From the NCBI GenBank assembly GCA_021163645.1, contig JAGGTN010000029.1, positions 1 to 44,135 of the forward strand: 44,135 bases of DNA. Direction: 5' to 3'. The DNA is from Candidatus Micrarchaeota archaeon (GTDB lineage Archaea > Micrarchaeota > Micrarchaeia > Anstonellales > JAGGTN01). Both the position numbers and the translations under genes were made by a program. Positions 1 through 9,555 of this stretch are shown piece by piece. Position 1 is the stretch's first letter. Each line of letters starts with the position of its first letter. Under the pieces are notes generated by a model, which ran no database searches, was not told the DNA's origin, and worked only from the letters and a program-made list of their open reading frames with translations.

Positions 1-277
1 ACGCCTCATTGGCCAGGTTAAGTATTGGTATAAAAACAGCATCGGTCTCCACAGCAAGAGCTTGGGCAGTTATGGTCTTTCCTGTTCCTTTAGCCCCTTC
101 CAATAGAAGGCCTTTTATCTGCAATTCGCCCATCCTCTCTCTTTGTATAAGGGCGTGCTTGATTTTGTTATATTCCCTCCGGATATTTTTTGGAAGATAC
201 ACTCTGTCTGGAGGGCACAGCTGGTTTCTCGGCACTGGTTCTACCTTAATGTTTCCGTCACGGCGCAAATTGTTCAT
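1..277 (-). CDS. AAA+ family ATPase, N-terminal part (continues beyond window edge)
   Basis: Reverse-strand ATG at 277 is preceded by GGTGAGG. Own translation MNNLRRDGNIKVEPVP...QIKGLLLEGAKGTGKTITAQALAVETDAVF carries a Walker A P-loop (GAKGTGKT). The listed + ORF 9..353 is its antisense shadow. Confidence 0.6.
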   Translation of the reverse strand, partial: MNNLRRDGNIKVEPVPRNQLCPPDRVYLPKNIRREYNKIKHALIQRERMGELQIKGLLLEGAKGTGKTITAQALAVETDAVFIPILNLANEA

Positions 278-393
278 TAACATCCTCACCACCTTATGTT
301 ATTGCATATATATTATTATGTGTATTAATATTTATAAATGTAGCTCATACTAACTATTCTTGTGAACAGGAAAAAGAAATAAGGCGAAGTTGA

Positions 394-531
394 GAACACG
401 GTGGCGACCCTGCATCGATAGATTTTTGCCATCGCACAGGGTTGACCTATGTGTCCTGTTCTCCATATCGTGTACCGATTGCACGGTTGGCGGCAGCACA
501 AGCGGCATTGAAAAATAGAGATAAGGATTAA
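394..531 (+). pseudogene. C-terminal relic (about 45 codons) of pyruvate phosphate dikinase
   Basis: Translation [45 protein letters not shown] matches the conserved PPDK C-terminus as I remember it ([34 protein letters not shown]). An in-frame TGA sits immediately upstream (..RRS*EHGG). There is no upstream coding body or start codon. The segment is visibly more G+C-rich than its surroundings. Confidence 0.6.
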
Positions 532-547
532 AAAGTATATTTTAGCA

Positions 548-609
548 TTTTACTGTTATATTCATCTGATTTTTTTATTATTGGGTTTTGGTTGATGATT
601 GATTTGATT
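548..609 (-). repeat. Copy A of a ~58-nt CA-rich intergenic element, inverted relative to copies B and C
   Basis: The reverse complement aatcaaatcaatcatcaaccaaaacccaataataaaaaaatcagatgaatataacagtaaaa aligns with 9490-9547 and 14099-14156, differing by a few substitutions and small indels. Confidence 0.8.
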
Positions 610-784
610 AATTTAATTATTTGATTTGTTTAATTTGTCAAAAATTAACTAGGTTATTAAGTTAAGGGTCAAAATAATTAACAATTTTCAGATGATATTA
701 CTAAAATTTTATGATATCATCGAAATATATAAACACTTATAGATTTAGCACAATATTTATAAATATATAATCATTAGAATTAAC

Positions 785-1783
785 ATGGGAGGGATTAAAA
801 TGACTACTAATCGTAACAGTATCAAGATGATTGGGTTATCTGTTATTATAATAAGCGTATTATTTTTATCAGCTTGTATCTTTCATACTGGAAAACAGAA
901 AGACCAAAATGAAACCTTAAATAATATAATAAACAATTCTGAGCAGGGAAGAGAAAATATTAGTGTAAAGATTAATGCATCCAAATCAAAGATAACGAAT
1001 ACAACAATAGAAAAACAAAATAATACTGAACAGAATGTTACTACTGAAAAAGAACCATGTAAAGGATTATTCGGTGATGATTATGATTCGTGCATGGCAA
1101 TACAGAATAATGATATTAATTATTGTAGCAAAGATAATTGTTACCAAAAATATGCACTAGCTAAAAATGATCTTGATGCTTGTGAATACATGAGCACCGA
1201 CGCTATGAAATGCTATTGCAAATCATTAATATCGCCTGATAAATGTGTCACATGCCCATCTAAAAGTTCTAAAGAGTTATGTTATACTTTGCTAACGGAG
1301 AACACTGAAAATGACTACTGTCAATATATAGAAACACCGAGATATCAAAGAGATTGTTTCACGTATATGGCAGTGCAAGAGCATAATAAAAATCTCTGCA
1401 AACAGATAGATGATTCTTACATGAGAGATGAATGCTATAGAGAATATGCTAAGGAAACAGGTGATGTAAGTGCATGTAAAGAACAATTTGTTGAATCATG
1501 GATAGATGCATGTTATCGGGATGCTGCGTACGCAAATAATAAACCACAATTGTGTAATGATATAAGCAATTTCAGAAACCAAAGGGTATGTTATTCGGTT
1601 ATATTCGAATCTGATGATTATCTTTTGGATGACTGTTACGAAATAACCTATCCAGAATGGAAGAATAGATGTATTAAATTCCTTGCTATAAACGAAAGGA
1701 ATAAATCAATTTGTGATTTTATTGAAGACTATGATGACAAACAAAGATGCATGGTAAGAGTAGAAGAATTTAACAACGATTAA
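785..1783 (+). CDS. Secreted or lipid-anchored Cys-rich repeat protein (no family recognised)
   Basis: The N-terminal hydrophobic segment ends in LSAC (lipobox-like Cys). The rest contains many Cys in a recurring ~25-30 aa unit, e.g. DNCYQKYALAKNDLDAC, RDCFTYMAVQEHNKNLC, DECYREYAKETGDVSAC, DACYRDAAYANNKPQLC. The start could be 785 or the ATG at 800. Confidence 0.6.
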   Translation: MGGIKMTTNRNSIKMIGLSVIIISVLFLSACIFHTGKQKDQNETLNNIINNSEQGRENISVKINASKSKITNTTIEKQNNTEQNVTTEKEPCKGLFGDDYDSCMAIQNNDINYCSKDNCYQKYALAKNDLDACEYMSTDAMKCYCKSLISPDKCVTCPSKSSKELCYTLLTENTENDYCQYIETPRYQRDCFTYMAVQEHNKNLCKQIDDSYMRDECYREYAKETGDVSACKEQFVESWIDACYRDAAYANNKPQLCNDISNFRNQRVCYSVIFESDDYLLDDCYEITYPEWKNRCIKFLAINERNKSICDFIEDYDDKQRCMVRVEEFNND

Positions 1784-1793
1784 GAATAACCGT

Positions 1794-2957
1794 ATGATAG
1801 GTGAGAATATGAAAAAGATACCTGAAGAGGTTAAGAGAAAACTTAACGAAATGCAAAAACTTATTAGGTCAGGAAAGTTCAGCCAAGTTGAAAAAGAGAT
1901 TAATGAGATATTAAAAGAAAACAAATACCCAGATGTTTATAATGCTCTTGGGTTCGTTATGATGCAAAAAGGAAATATTAAGGAAGCGATCAAACAGTAT
2001 AAAAAAGGTCTTAAATTGAATGATAAATTGGGTTATATTTATTCCAACCTTTCATTTGCTTATTTTAAACTTAAAGAGTATGATAAAGCAAAAAGCGCGC
2101 TTGAAGAAGCGATAAAAAATGAAAGGAAGTTTGAATATTATGATCAGTTATCACGGGTTAATATTTTCCTGAATGATTTTGACAAGGCACTCGAAAATAT
2201 TGAAGAAGCAATCAAGCTCAATCCATCTGCAAAATTACTTTATGACCATAAAAAAGATATTTTTGAGCTTATCATCAAAAAAAATGAAACAGATAGATTC
2301 CATGAAAGATTATTTGATAAAGCGAGGGTTGAATTGAAAGACAAAGAATATTCAAATGCATTGGAATTGATAACAAAAGCAATAAATTTAATTAAAGATA
2401 AAAGAACAGGTAAGAAAAAGGTAGAGGAAGATCTAGAAAAATATTATAGGCTCAAAGGCGAATTAGAACTTCAATTAGAGGATATCAAAAAAGCAATAAA
2501 AGACCTTAACAAATCTCTTACATATAATAAGGAACCTGAAAACAAAAGTAAAACATTCAGATTATTATCCAAATGCTACATGATGAAAGGCGGAAGGAAG
2601 AACCATGAAAGAGCATTGGGATATATCAATGATGCTATAAGAGCAAGCGAAAAACCTCAATACCTATATGAGAGAGCTTCAATACTGATGCGATTAAACA
2701 AGATTAAGCCCGCGTATAAAGATATTCTTAAAGCAATAAAAATAGATCCTAACAATCCATACTTTCATATGAGGCTTGGGGATATTTATTCGCATATGGA
2801 TGACTTTGATAAGGCGATCAAAGAATATGATAAAGCAATCAATCTGGATCCATTACGTATAGATGCATATGAACGTAAAGAAGACATCCTATTAGCAAAA
2901 TCATTAAAATCAGGCATAAAAGAAGTGGAAAAAGGAGAAAAGGGTATGTATGCATAA
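1794..2957 (+). CDS. Tetratricopeptide (TPR) repeat protein
   Basis: Repeated 34-aa TPR-like units, e.g. ALGFVMMQKGNIKEAIKQYKKGLKLNDK, YFHMRLGDIYSHMDDFDKAIKEYDKAINLDP. The likely true start is the ATG at 1809, which follows GGTGA. Confidence 0.75.
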   Translation: MIGENMKKIPEEVKRKLNEMQKLIRSGKFSQVEKEINEILKENKYPDVYNALGFVMMQKGNIKEAIKQYKKGLKLNDKLGYIYSNLSFAYFKLKEYDKAKSALEEAIKNERKFEYYDQLSRVNIFLNDFDKALENIEEAIKLNPSAKLLYDHKKDIFELIIKKNETDRFHERLFDKARVELKDKEYSNALELITKAINLIKDKRTGKKKVEEDLEKYYRLKGELELQLEDIKKAIKDLNKSLTYNKEPENKSKTFRLLSKCYMMKGGRKNHERALGYINDAIRASEKPQYLYERASILMRLNKIKPAYKDILKAIKIDPNNPYFHMRLGDIYSHMDDFDKAIKEYDKAINLDPLRIDAYERKEDILLAKSLKSGIKEVEKGEKGMYA

Positions 2958-2974
2958 TGATTTATAATAATGAT

Positions 2975-4762
2975 TTATATCTTAGTGTTAAACATCATAC
3001 TTACTATAAGCACGAATTCTAACACAATGATTACTATGAGAATGGTAATATAAATTTTCATTTTATTTATTTCTTCCCTGCATGATCCAGAACTTGAGTT
3101 ATGATATTTAGGGTTAACATTTACAGTTTTATTTCCTCCATTTCCTTTCTCCATTAACTCATGCTCAGCGTCATCAAAATATTCTTCCATCTTATCAGCA
3201 ATACATTTTATTCTATATGAAGATTCGTAATCTTTGGTTTTATATAAATAAACAGCTTGAGAATGATAAATATTCGGCCATGTATGATTATATCTAACAT
3301 CTTCTATTCCATTCAACATTGCTTTAACTTGAATCGGGGATTTATCAAATGTATCTACATAACTTTTCTGAACACCATAAGCAAATGCATAATCATACAA
3401 AGCAACTAGATAATGTTTATTCTTTGCCGCTTCATCAGCCATTGTAATATAATTGACAGTATCAGTAGAAGCTTCTGGAAATCTAAGAATATACTGCTTT
3501 GTTTCCTGTGATTTTACAGAGACAAGATCGGATAATTTACTTTCATCTATCAATTGCCCTTTTCCTTTGAATGAGATTAATTTTGATACATAACACCATT
3601 CTTCAGCGTTTAATATATTATACAAAGGATCGAACTTTGCTTCTTCAACATTATTTTCATAAAGATTAACATCAATATCCTTAATCTTATTCTTTGCCCA
3701 ATCTATCCTTACCTCAGAACCAGTTATCCATTCCCAATTATCTGTTCTTTTCTCATATAGTTCAAAATTATTAAGACATTCTTTCGCTTCACTAATTTTC
3801 TGTGATAGATTTATCGGTCCAGCATCAATAGTTTCAATAAATTTCAGGTCAAGTAATCGATTAAATATATTATTAGCAGCAGTATATGAATAACCTCTGT
3901 TTATGAGCTTTTTCTGATTATCAACATCATCTAACATATCCTTGACGATCTCTTTCTCATGTGAATCATCACTCAACTGATTATAATAGTTCTCTGCTTC
4001 TGAATTAAACATATCAACTATTTCATATGACATATTATCAAAGCGAGGAATATGATATTCATAATCATCAACTATCTCAGTAGGTTCAATAATAGATTCT
4101 ATTTTTGAATACTTTGAAAGTGATTCATTACTAAGATTTGATGTTGCAATATAAAACGCATCACTCAATGTATCAACATTTATTATCTTAATATCATACT
4201 TATCCATAAGATTATTAGCGATGATATAATCCTTTGTACCAGATAATTTTGTTAATAATACCTTTTTTCCATTTCGAGATGAAGCCATTACCTTCTCTAT
4301 CAATCCACCTATCTTGCCCACTTTTCCTGACTGGCTTAATGTTCCTGTAACTATCACATTATCATTCAGTTTTTTACCAGAAAATAACGATGCAAATTCA
4401 AGACCCATAGCCAATCCCGCACTTGGACCGTCAATATATCTGCTTCCAGATGCTCCGATTATCCCGATACGATAATCACATTCAGAATAGTCAAATCCAG
4501 TAAAACTCGCTGCTGCGTCCAAACTATTTTCTATAGAATTCTGTGTACTGATCCCAACTGGAGGGGGTATCTGAATATATATATCCCCTTTACCAGGTTC
4601 TATATCGAATTCTAATGTTACAAGACCCCCATTTGATTCGCTCACAACAGCTGGAACTTCAATTTCGCCATGAGTGGGCTGGCATGATGAATAAATGATT
4701 CCTGAAAAGAATACACTAATGATTAGGATAACAAAATAAAATTTAAAGAATCTATTTTTCAT
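2975..4762 (-). CDS. Membrane-associated or secreted Lon-like S16 peptidase-domain protein without an AAA+ module
   Basis: Lon proteolytic-domain motifs IDGPSAGLAMGL (Ser) and GKIGGLIEKVMAS (Lys). N-terminal signal-like segment FVILIISVFFSGIIYSSC and C-terminal hydrophobic anchor IYITILIVIIVLEFVLIVSMMF. The long middle region has no recognised family. Confidence 0.75.
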   Translation of the reverse strand: MKNRFFKFYFVILIISVFFSGIIYSSCQPTHGEIEVPAVVSESNGGLVTLEFDIEPGKGDIYIQIPPPVGISTQNSIENSLDAAASFTGFDYSECDYRIGIIGASGSRYIDGPSAGLAMGLEFASLFSGKKLNDNVIVTGTLSQSGKVGKIGGLIEKVMASSRNGKKVLLTKLSGTKDYIIANNLMDKYDIKIINVDTLSDAFYIATSNLSNESLSKYSKIESIIEPTEIVDDYEYHIPRFDNMSYEIVDMFNSEAENYYNQLSDDSHEKEIVKDMLDDVDNQKKLINRGYSYTAANNIFNRLLDLKFIETIDAGPINLSQKISEAKECLNNFELYEKRTDNWEWITGSEVRIDWAKNKIKDIDVNLYENNVEEAKFDPLYNILNAEEWCYVSKLISFKGKGQLIDESKLSDLVSVKSQETKQYILRFPEASTDTVNYITMADEAAKNKHYLVALYDYAFAYGVQKSYVDTFDKSPIQVKAMLNGIEDVRYNHTWPNIYHSQAVYLYKTKDYESSYRIKCIADKMEEYFDDAEHELMEKGNGGNKTVNVNPKYHNSSSGSCREEINKMKIYITILIVIIVLEFVLIVSMMFNTKI

Positions 4763-4847
4763 ACAAAACCCTCATTTAGCTATATTTTTATATAATATTT
4801 ATTATCTAACGTCAATTATTATGTAAATAACATTTGATTCATTTAAA

Positions 4848-5052
4848 TGCGCCCGCCGGGATTTTCATGCTCTTTCTTTCATCTCTTCTCATCTTTCTAA
4901 TAAGTTTTAAAAGAAAAAAGCCATCGAACCCGGCTCCTAAGCTTTTTCCGACCTTTATTCCCATAAACCCTTTTTTTCCGCGCAGGCTTTTTCTTTTCCA
5001 GAAAGAAAAAGGGTGCTGGGAAGCTTATATCCTACCGATAGACTACGGGCGC
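4848..5052 (-). tRNA. tRNA-Gly (anticodon CCC) interrupted by two introns
   Basis: Hand-folded on the minus strand. Acceptor GCGCCCG/CGGGCGC, D-arm GTCT-ATCGGTA-GGAT, anticodon stem TAAGC/GCTTA with loop TT-CCC-A|A. T-arm CCGGG-TTCGA|AT-CCCGG, discriminator A. Exons 5052-5017, 4943-4924 and 4862-4848. Intron 1 is 5016-4944 (73 nt, canonical 37/38). Intron 2 is about 4923-4863 (61 nt, in the T-loop near 58/59; the boundary is ambiguous by 1-2 A residues). No encoded CCA. Confidence 0.7.
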
Positions 5053-5168
5053 ATATTGATTTATCATACATAGTATTTAAAAAACCGTTAGATATTAAGA
5101 TATATTTAAAATAATTTCCTGGAAGAAATCCTCAGGTTTCAACTGCGGATGAATTCCAGGCAATAATT

Positions 5169-5483
5169 TTGTTCACTGGAAATTTATTACCAATTATATG
5201 CGTACCTCAAAATATTTACTTATTATCTCTAAAATTCATTTCCATGGGAAATGCACTCTGTCTGCCTTTATTTATAAACATTCTTATCAAAATTTCGTCA
5301 TGCATGAAAATCACATTCAAATTCAAGATAAAGGAAAGAATTAAAACAACCATTGCAGATAAGCTTCCTTTGTTCTTAAACAAACTTCCTTTGGTTACTG
5401 TTGGATTTGGCGATGATACCGAAAGGTATATGAATAATCTTCATGCTATGTGCGATAAAATCGATTTTAATAAATCAGTATGA
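5169..5483 (+). CDS. Hypothetical ORF, doubtful
   Basis: Only an open frame with no motif and no obvious ribosome-binding site. If real, it more likely starts at the internal MKITFKF. Confidence 0.2.
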   Translation: MFTGNLLPIICVPQNIYLLSLKFISMGNALCLPLFINILIKISSCMKITFKFKIKERIKTTIADKLPLFLNKLPLVTVGFGDDTERYMNNLHAMCDKIDFNKSV

Positions 5484-5605
5484 ACTCTTATTAACCAAGT
5501 AAATACAAGCTATAAAAGCGAGGAGACAATAGAGAGTATTTAAAAAGATAATACTTGATTAAATTATGATACTTTGATTCAAATACAATATTTATAGGTG
5601 ATACT

Positions 5606-8512
5606 ATGATTGATTGGCAGGATATTGAATTGAAATGGCAGAGTGAATGGTCCAATAAAAAAGTTGCAGAATCAGATGTGAATCCAAATGAAAAAAAATT
5701 CTACATGGTATTCGCATACCCTTACCCAACAGGATTTTTACACACGGGGCATATGCGAGGTTATACATACGCTGACGATATATGTAGGTTCAAACGCCTA
5801 ACAGGTTATAATGTACTCTTACCAGTAGGAATACACGCAACTGGAAATGGAGCAATATCCAAATCGCAGAAGATTACAGAAAAGGATGAACAATATATTA
5901 GTTACTTAAGAGAGAACGGTGTTCCAGAACAGGATATAGATAAAATGAAAGATCCTGAACAATATATCAAATACTTTGGCCATCTCTATCTAAATGATTT
6001 TAAACGGTTTGGCCTATTGGTTGATGAAAGAACATTTATCACGACTATAGATGACATATACAAGAAATTCATCACATGGCAATTCAACAAACTCAATGAT
6101 AAAGGTCTGTTAATACAAAAAGAATATTATGCAACATTCTGCGAACATTGCGGTCCTGTATCGGTTGATGCATCAGAAAGCGATATATCAAAAGGTGGCG
6201 GGGCAGAAAAGAATGAATACACATTACTCAAATTCGAAACAAGATACAATGATCAAAAAGCATATATCATTGCTGCAACACTACGTCCTGAAACCGTGTT
6301 TGGCCAGACCAATCTATGGATTGATCCAGATATCGATTATGCTGTGATAAAAGTTGGCGGCGAAATATGGATTGGCAGTAAAGAATTCGCTCATAAATTG
6401 AAATACCAGAAAGATAACGTTAATGTGATAGGTACTATCAACGGAAAGGATATACTGGGCAAACATGTGAAAGCACCAGGCATAGATAGAGAAATAATTG
6501 TACTACCTTCGAAATTCTGTGAACCTGATGTAGGTTCAGGGATAGTTACTTCCGTTCCATCAGATGCACCGCATGATTGGATGGGATTATACGATTTACA
6601 GAACAACGAAACAGAATGTAAAAAATATGAAAAATACGGATTGAATTGTGATGAGATTAAAGCGATCAAACCAATTCCAATAATAAACACGCCGGGATGG
6701 GGTGAGATGCCAGCAGTTGAAATATGCAAAAAGATGCACATAAAGAATTCAATGGATCCCAAACTCGAATCTGCGAAAAAAGAGATCTATAAATCAGGAT
6801 TCTATACAGGAACGATGCGTGATGTTGCTGGCAAGTATGCAGGATTATCTGTTGAAAAAGCAAAAGAACAAGTTAAGAAAGAGCTCATAGAAAAAGGCCA
6901 GGCAGATATATTCTATGACCTATCAGAAGAGGTCATCTGTCGATGCGGTAGGAAGGTATTCATTAAAAAAGTAGATCATCAATGGTTCATTGATTATGGT
7001 AAGGAATGGCTCAACAATGATTCAATCTCATGGGCTAAGAATATGAATGTTAAACCAGATGATTATTATGAGAACCTACCAGAAGCACTCAGATGGTTTA
7101 AGGAAAGGCCATGCGCGCGTATGGGGAGATGGATGGGCACGACGTTCCCGTTCGATAAAAGATACATCATCGAAGCCATCTCAGATTCTACGCTCTATCC
7201 CATATTCTACTTAGTTAGTAAACATAAAGATAAATTCAACGCTGATCAATTGACATTAAAATTCTTTGATTATATATTCCTGGGAAAAGGCTCTGCTGAC
7301 GATGTAGCACAGGAAAATAATATGAAAAAAGAGGATATAGAAATAATCCGTAGAGAAATCCTTTACTGGTATCCACTCGATATCAATCTCGGCGGTAAAG
7401 AACATAAAACAGTTCATTTCCCACCTTTTATCAAGAATCACGTTGCGGTATTACCAAGGGAATTATGGCCGCGTGGAATCTTTGTCAACTATTGGATAAC
7501 AACACATGGAAAAGAAAAATTATCTAAAAGCAAAGGCGGAGCACAACCAATTCATGGTGCAATTAAAAAATTTGGTGTTGACCCTATGCGATTATTCTAT
7601 GCAAATTCCGCAAAACCATATGTTGACGTAGAGTTTAGCGAAGATCTTGTATTTGAATATAGAAACAGACTGGAATACATGTACAACGAGATAAAGAGAT
7701 TATGGGAATTATCAAATCGTTTATCTGATAAATTATCTGATGATTCGTCGGGTCCGCAAGGAAAAAATGGTAAAAATACAAGTATAGATAATTGGCTTAA
7801 CACGAGGATTAAGTGGTATCTATATCAATCTGAAAGGGACATCGATACATTCGAACTAAAACACGCGTCAGATATTGCGTATTATCACATGTTATCAGAT
7901 ATTCAATGGTATCTGAAAAGAAAAGGAAATAATAAACATGTTTTAAGAAATGCAATCGAGGTCATGGTAAAATTAATGTCTGTATTCACACCGCATATTG
8001 CTGAAGAGATCTGGCATGAAGTGCTAGGCAAGGATGAGCTCATCGCCAATTCTAAACTACCAGAAATCGAAAAGATAAACATGCAAGGTAAGGATTCAGA
8101 ATGGTATATCAAAAACATCATTGATGATATATCCAATATATTAAAAGTAATTAAGAAGAATAAACCGAATAAAATCACATTAGTAATTGCAGATGACTGG
8201 AAGTATAAGATGATTAAGAAAGCGATGAGTATTGAGAATAGAAAAGAGATAATGAATACATTGATGAATGATCCAGAATTTATAGATAAGAGAAAGGATA
8301 TCGCCATGCTGATTAAAAGGCTCATAAGGATGCTCCCAGAATATAAAGAAACACCCGGCCTTGACGAGATGAAAATCCTTAATGACGCTGTTGATTATCT
8401 CACAGATAAGTTTGGATGTCAGATAAAGATTATTAATGAATCAGACGCTGATATTTATGGACAGAAAGCAAAGAATGCATTACCACTTAAACCAGCTATC
8501 ATGATAGAATAA
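5606..8512 (+). CDS. leuS: Leucyl-tRNA synthetase, archaeal type
   Basis: Class I signatures: HIGH-region variant PTGFLHTGHMRGY and KMSKS variant KLSKSKG. CP1 editing-domain region (TLRPETVFGQTNLWI), 968 aa. GGTGA lies upstream of the ATG. Confidence 0.95.
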   Translation: MIDWQDIELKWQSEWSNKKVAESDVNPNEKKFYMVFAYPYPTGFLHTGHMRGYTYADDICRFKRLTGYNVLLPVGIHATGNGAISKSQKITEKDEQYISYLRENGVPEQDIDKMKDPEQYIKYFGHLYLNDFKRFGLLVDERTFITTIDDIYKKFITWQFNKLNDKGLLIQKEYYATFCEHCGPVSVDASESDISKGGGAEKNEYTLLKFETRYNDQKAYIIAATLRPETVFGQTNLWIDPDIDYAVIKVGGEIWIGSKEFAHKLKYQKDNVNVIGTINGKDILGKHVKAPGIDREIIVLPSKFCEPDVGSGIVTSVPSDAPHDWMGLYDLQNNETECKKYEKYGLNCDEIKAIKPIPIINTPGWGEMPAVEICKKMHIKNSMDPKLESAKKEIYKSGFYTGTMRDVAGKYAGLSVEKAKEQVKKELIEKGQADIFYDLSEEVICRCGRKVFIKKVDHQWFIDYGKEWLNNDSISWAKNMNVKPDDYYENLPEALRWFKERPCARMGRWMGTTFPFDKRYIIEAISDSTLYPIFYLVSKHKDKFNADQLTLKFFDYIFLGKGSADDVAQENNMKKEDIEIIRREILYWYPLDINLGGKEHKTVHFPPFIKNHVAVLPRELWPRGIFVNYWITTHGKEKLSKSKGGAQPIHGAIKKFGVDPMRLFYANSAKPYVDVEFSEDLVFEYRNRLEYMYNEIKRLWELSNRLSDKLSDDSSGPQGKNGKNTSIDNWLNTRIKWYLYQSERDIDTFELKHASDIAYYHMLSDIQWYLKRKGNNKHVLRNAIEVMVKLMSVFTPHIAEEIWHEVLGKDELIANSKLPEIEKINMQGKDSEWYIKNIIDDISNILKVIKKNKPNKITLVIADDWKYKMIKKAMSIENRKEIMNTLMNDPEFIDKRKDIAMLIKRLIRMLPEYKETPGLDEMKILNDAVDYLTDKFGCQIKIINESDADIYGQKAKNALPLKPAIMIE

Positions 8513-8542
8513 AGACTATACAATCATTCTGGAGGTTATGTC

Positions 8543-9382
8543 TTATTCTGGTGGATTAAGCTCATTTACAACATAGATTAATAAATCCTCAAAGTCATAA
8601 TAAAATCTAAACGCTAATTCCTTTACGTGTTCATAACTATCAACATACAATCTGTATTTTTTAGGAGGTGGATTCCACGAACTATCCATTAACTCTGCAG
8701 AAACCTGTGATATCCCCTCTCCATAAAATAAGAGTTTTGTCGCGTAATCTTGGTTCTCGATTTTAATATAAGGGTCATAAGAATTATAAGTATTCAATAA
8801 TTCTCGGTACGAACTCATAAGTTTCTTATGTCTCATCAAAAAGCGTTTTCCATACCGTTTCAATAGAGATATGAACAATAATTTGTGAGCATATTCATGA
8901 GCCATCGTTTCAATCCATATCGTATTTTTTATCTCGTTTTCACTCATCCCAAGCTCATCTTTTAAATCAAATATGAAACTAACAGCTTTGATTTCTGGTA
9001 TGTATTTGTCGTTGTCGATGGATTTATCATATGTGAGCTTGTTATTAATAAATTTTAGATGATATTCTTGAGAATGTAAATAGATTACATTGAACATAGA
9101 ACCTTTATTTCTACCTACAATCTGTATGTTATAAACAGGCACTTTAATATTATGTATGACTTTGATTTGTTTGATATCAGAAACTATATCAACATGATAG
9201 ATTCTTTCTACAGATTGCTTAACCTTAGTGAAAACCCTGAACAGATTCTCCTTTTCATCAACAGTGCCCCTCCCAGTAATCAACACCTTATTATTGCTAC
9301 CATCCTTGAACATGGCTATCGTATGTCTATCAGGCGTTATTTTAACTCCCTTTCCTTTAACTACTGTATCAATCATGACCAT
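8543..9382 (-). CDS. Hypothetical protein with an HExxH motif
   Basis: 279-aa ORF. The only recognisable element is MAHEYAH (HExxH, possibly a metallopeptidase-type zinc site). Otherwise an orphan. Confidence 0.55.
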   Translation of the reverse strand: MVMIDTVVKGKGVKITPDRHTIAMFKDGSNNKVLITGRGTVDEKENLFRVFTKVKQSVERIYHVDIVSDIKQIKVIHNIKVPVYNIQIVGRNKGSMFNVIYLHSQEYHLKFINNKLTYDKSIDNDKYIPEIKAVSFIFDLKDELGMSENEIKNTIWIETMAHEYAHKLLFISLLKRYGKRFLMRHKKLMSSYRELLNTYNSYDPYIKIENQDYATKLLFYGEGISQVSAELMDSSWNPPPKKYRLYVDSYEHVKELAFRFYYDFEDLLIYVVNELNPPE

Positions 9383-9489
9383 AATATAATTTGGTTAATT
9401 TCATTTTTAAATGTTTTTTACACGTTTTATATATAGGAGTTTACACGTCTTAACCAAATAATCAATATCAACATATTAATTTAAGCAAA

Positions 9490-9547
9490 TAATCAAATCA
9501 ATCATCAACCAAAAACCAATAAAAAATCAGATGAACATGATAGTAAA
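9490..9547 (+). repeat. Copy B of the ~58-nt CA-rich intergenic element
   Basis: aatcaaatcaatcatcaaccaaaaaccaataaaaaatcagatgaacatgatagtaaaa differs from copy C (14099-14156) at 3 positions. Confidence 0.85.
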
Positions 9548-9555
9548 AATAGAAA

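Noticed and set aside
9-353. 114-aa + strand ORF at the window start
   Set aside because: It is the antisense shadow of a minus-strand AAA+ ATPase gene with a clear Walker A. Its own translation is low-complexity with no motif.
4834-5073. 79-aa + strand ORF
   Set aside because: It lies exactly opposite the two-intron tRNA-Gly. The Phe/Leu/Pro-rich translation reflects the A-rich introns on the other strand.
5118-5162. Inverted repeat CCTGGAA...TTCCAGG, considered as a small RNA (C/D or H/ACA)
   Set aside because: No C/D boxes, K-turn or ACA motif could be found. A single 7-bp inverted repeat is weak evidence.
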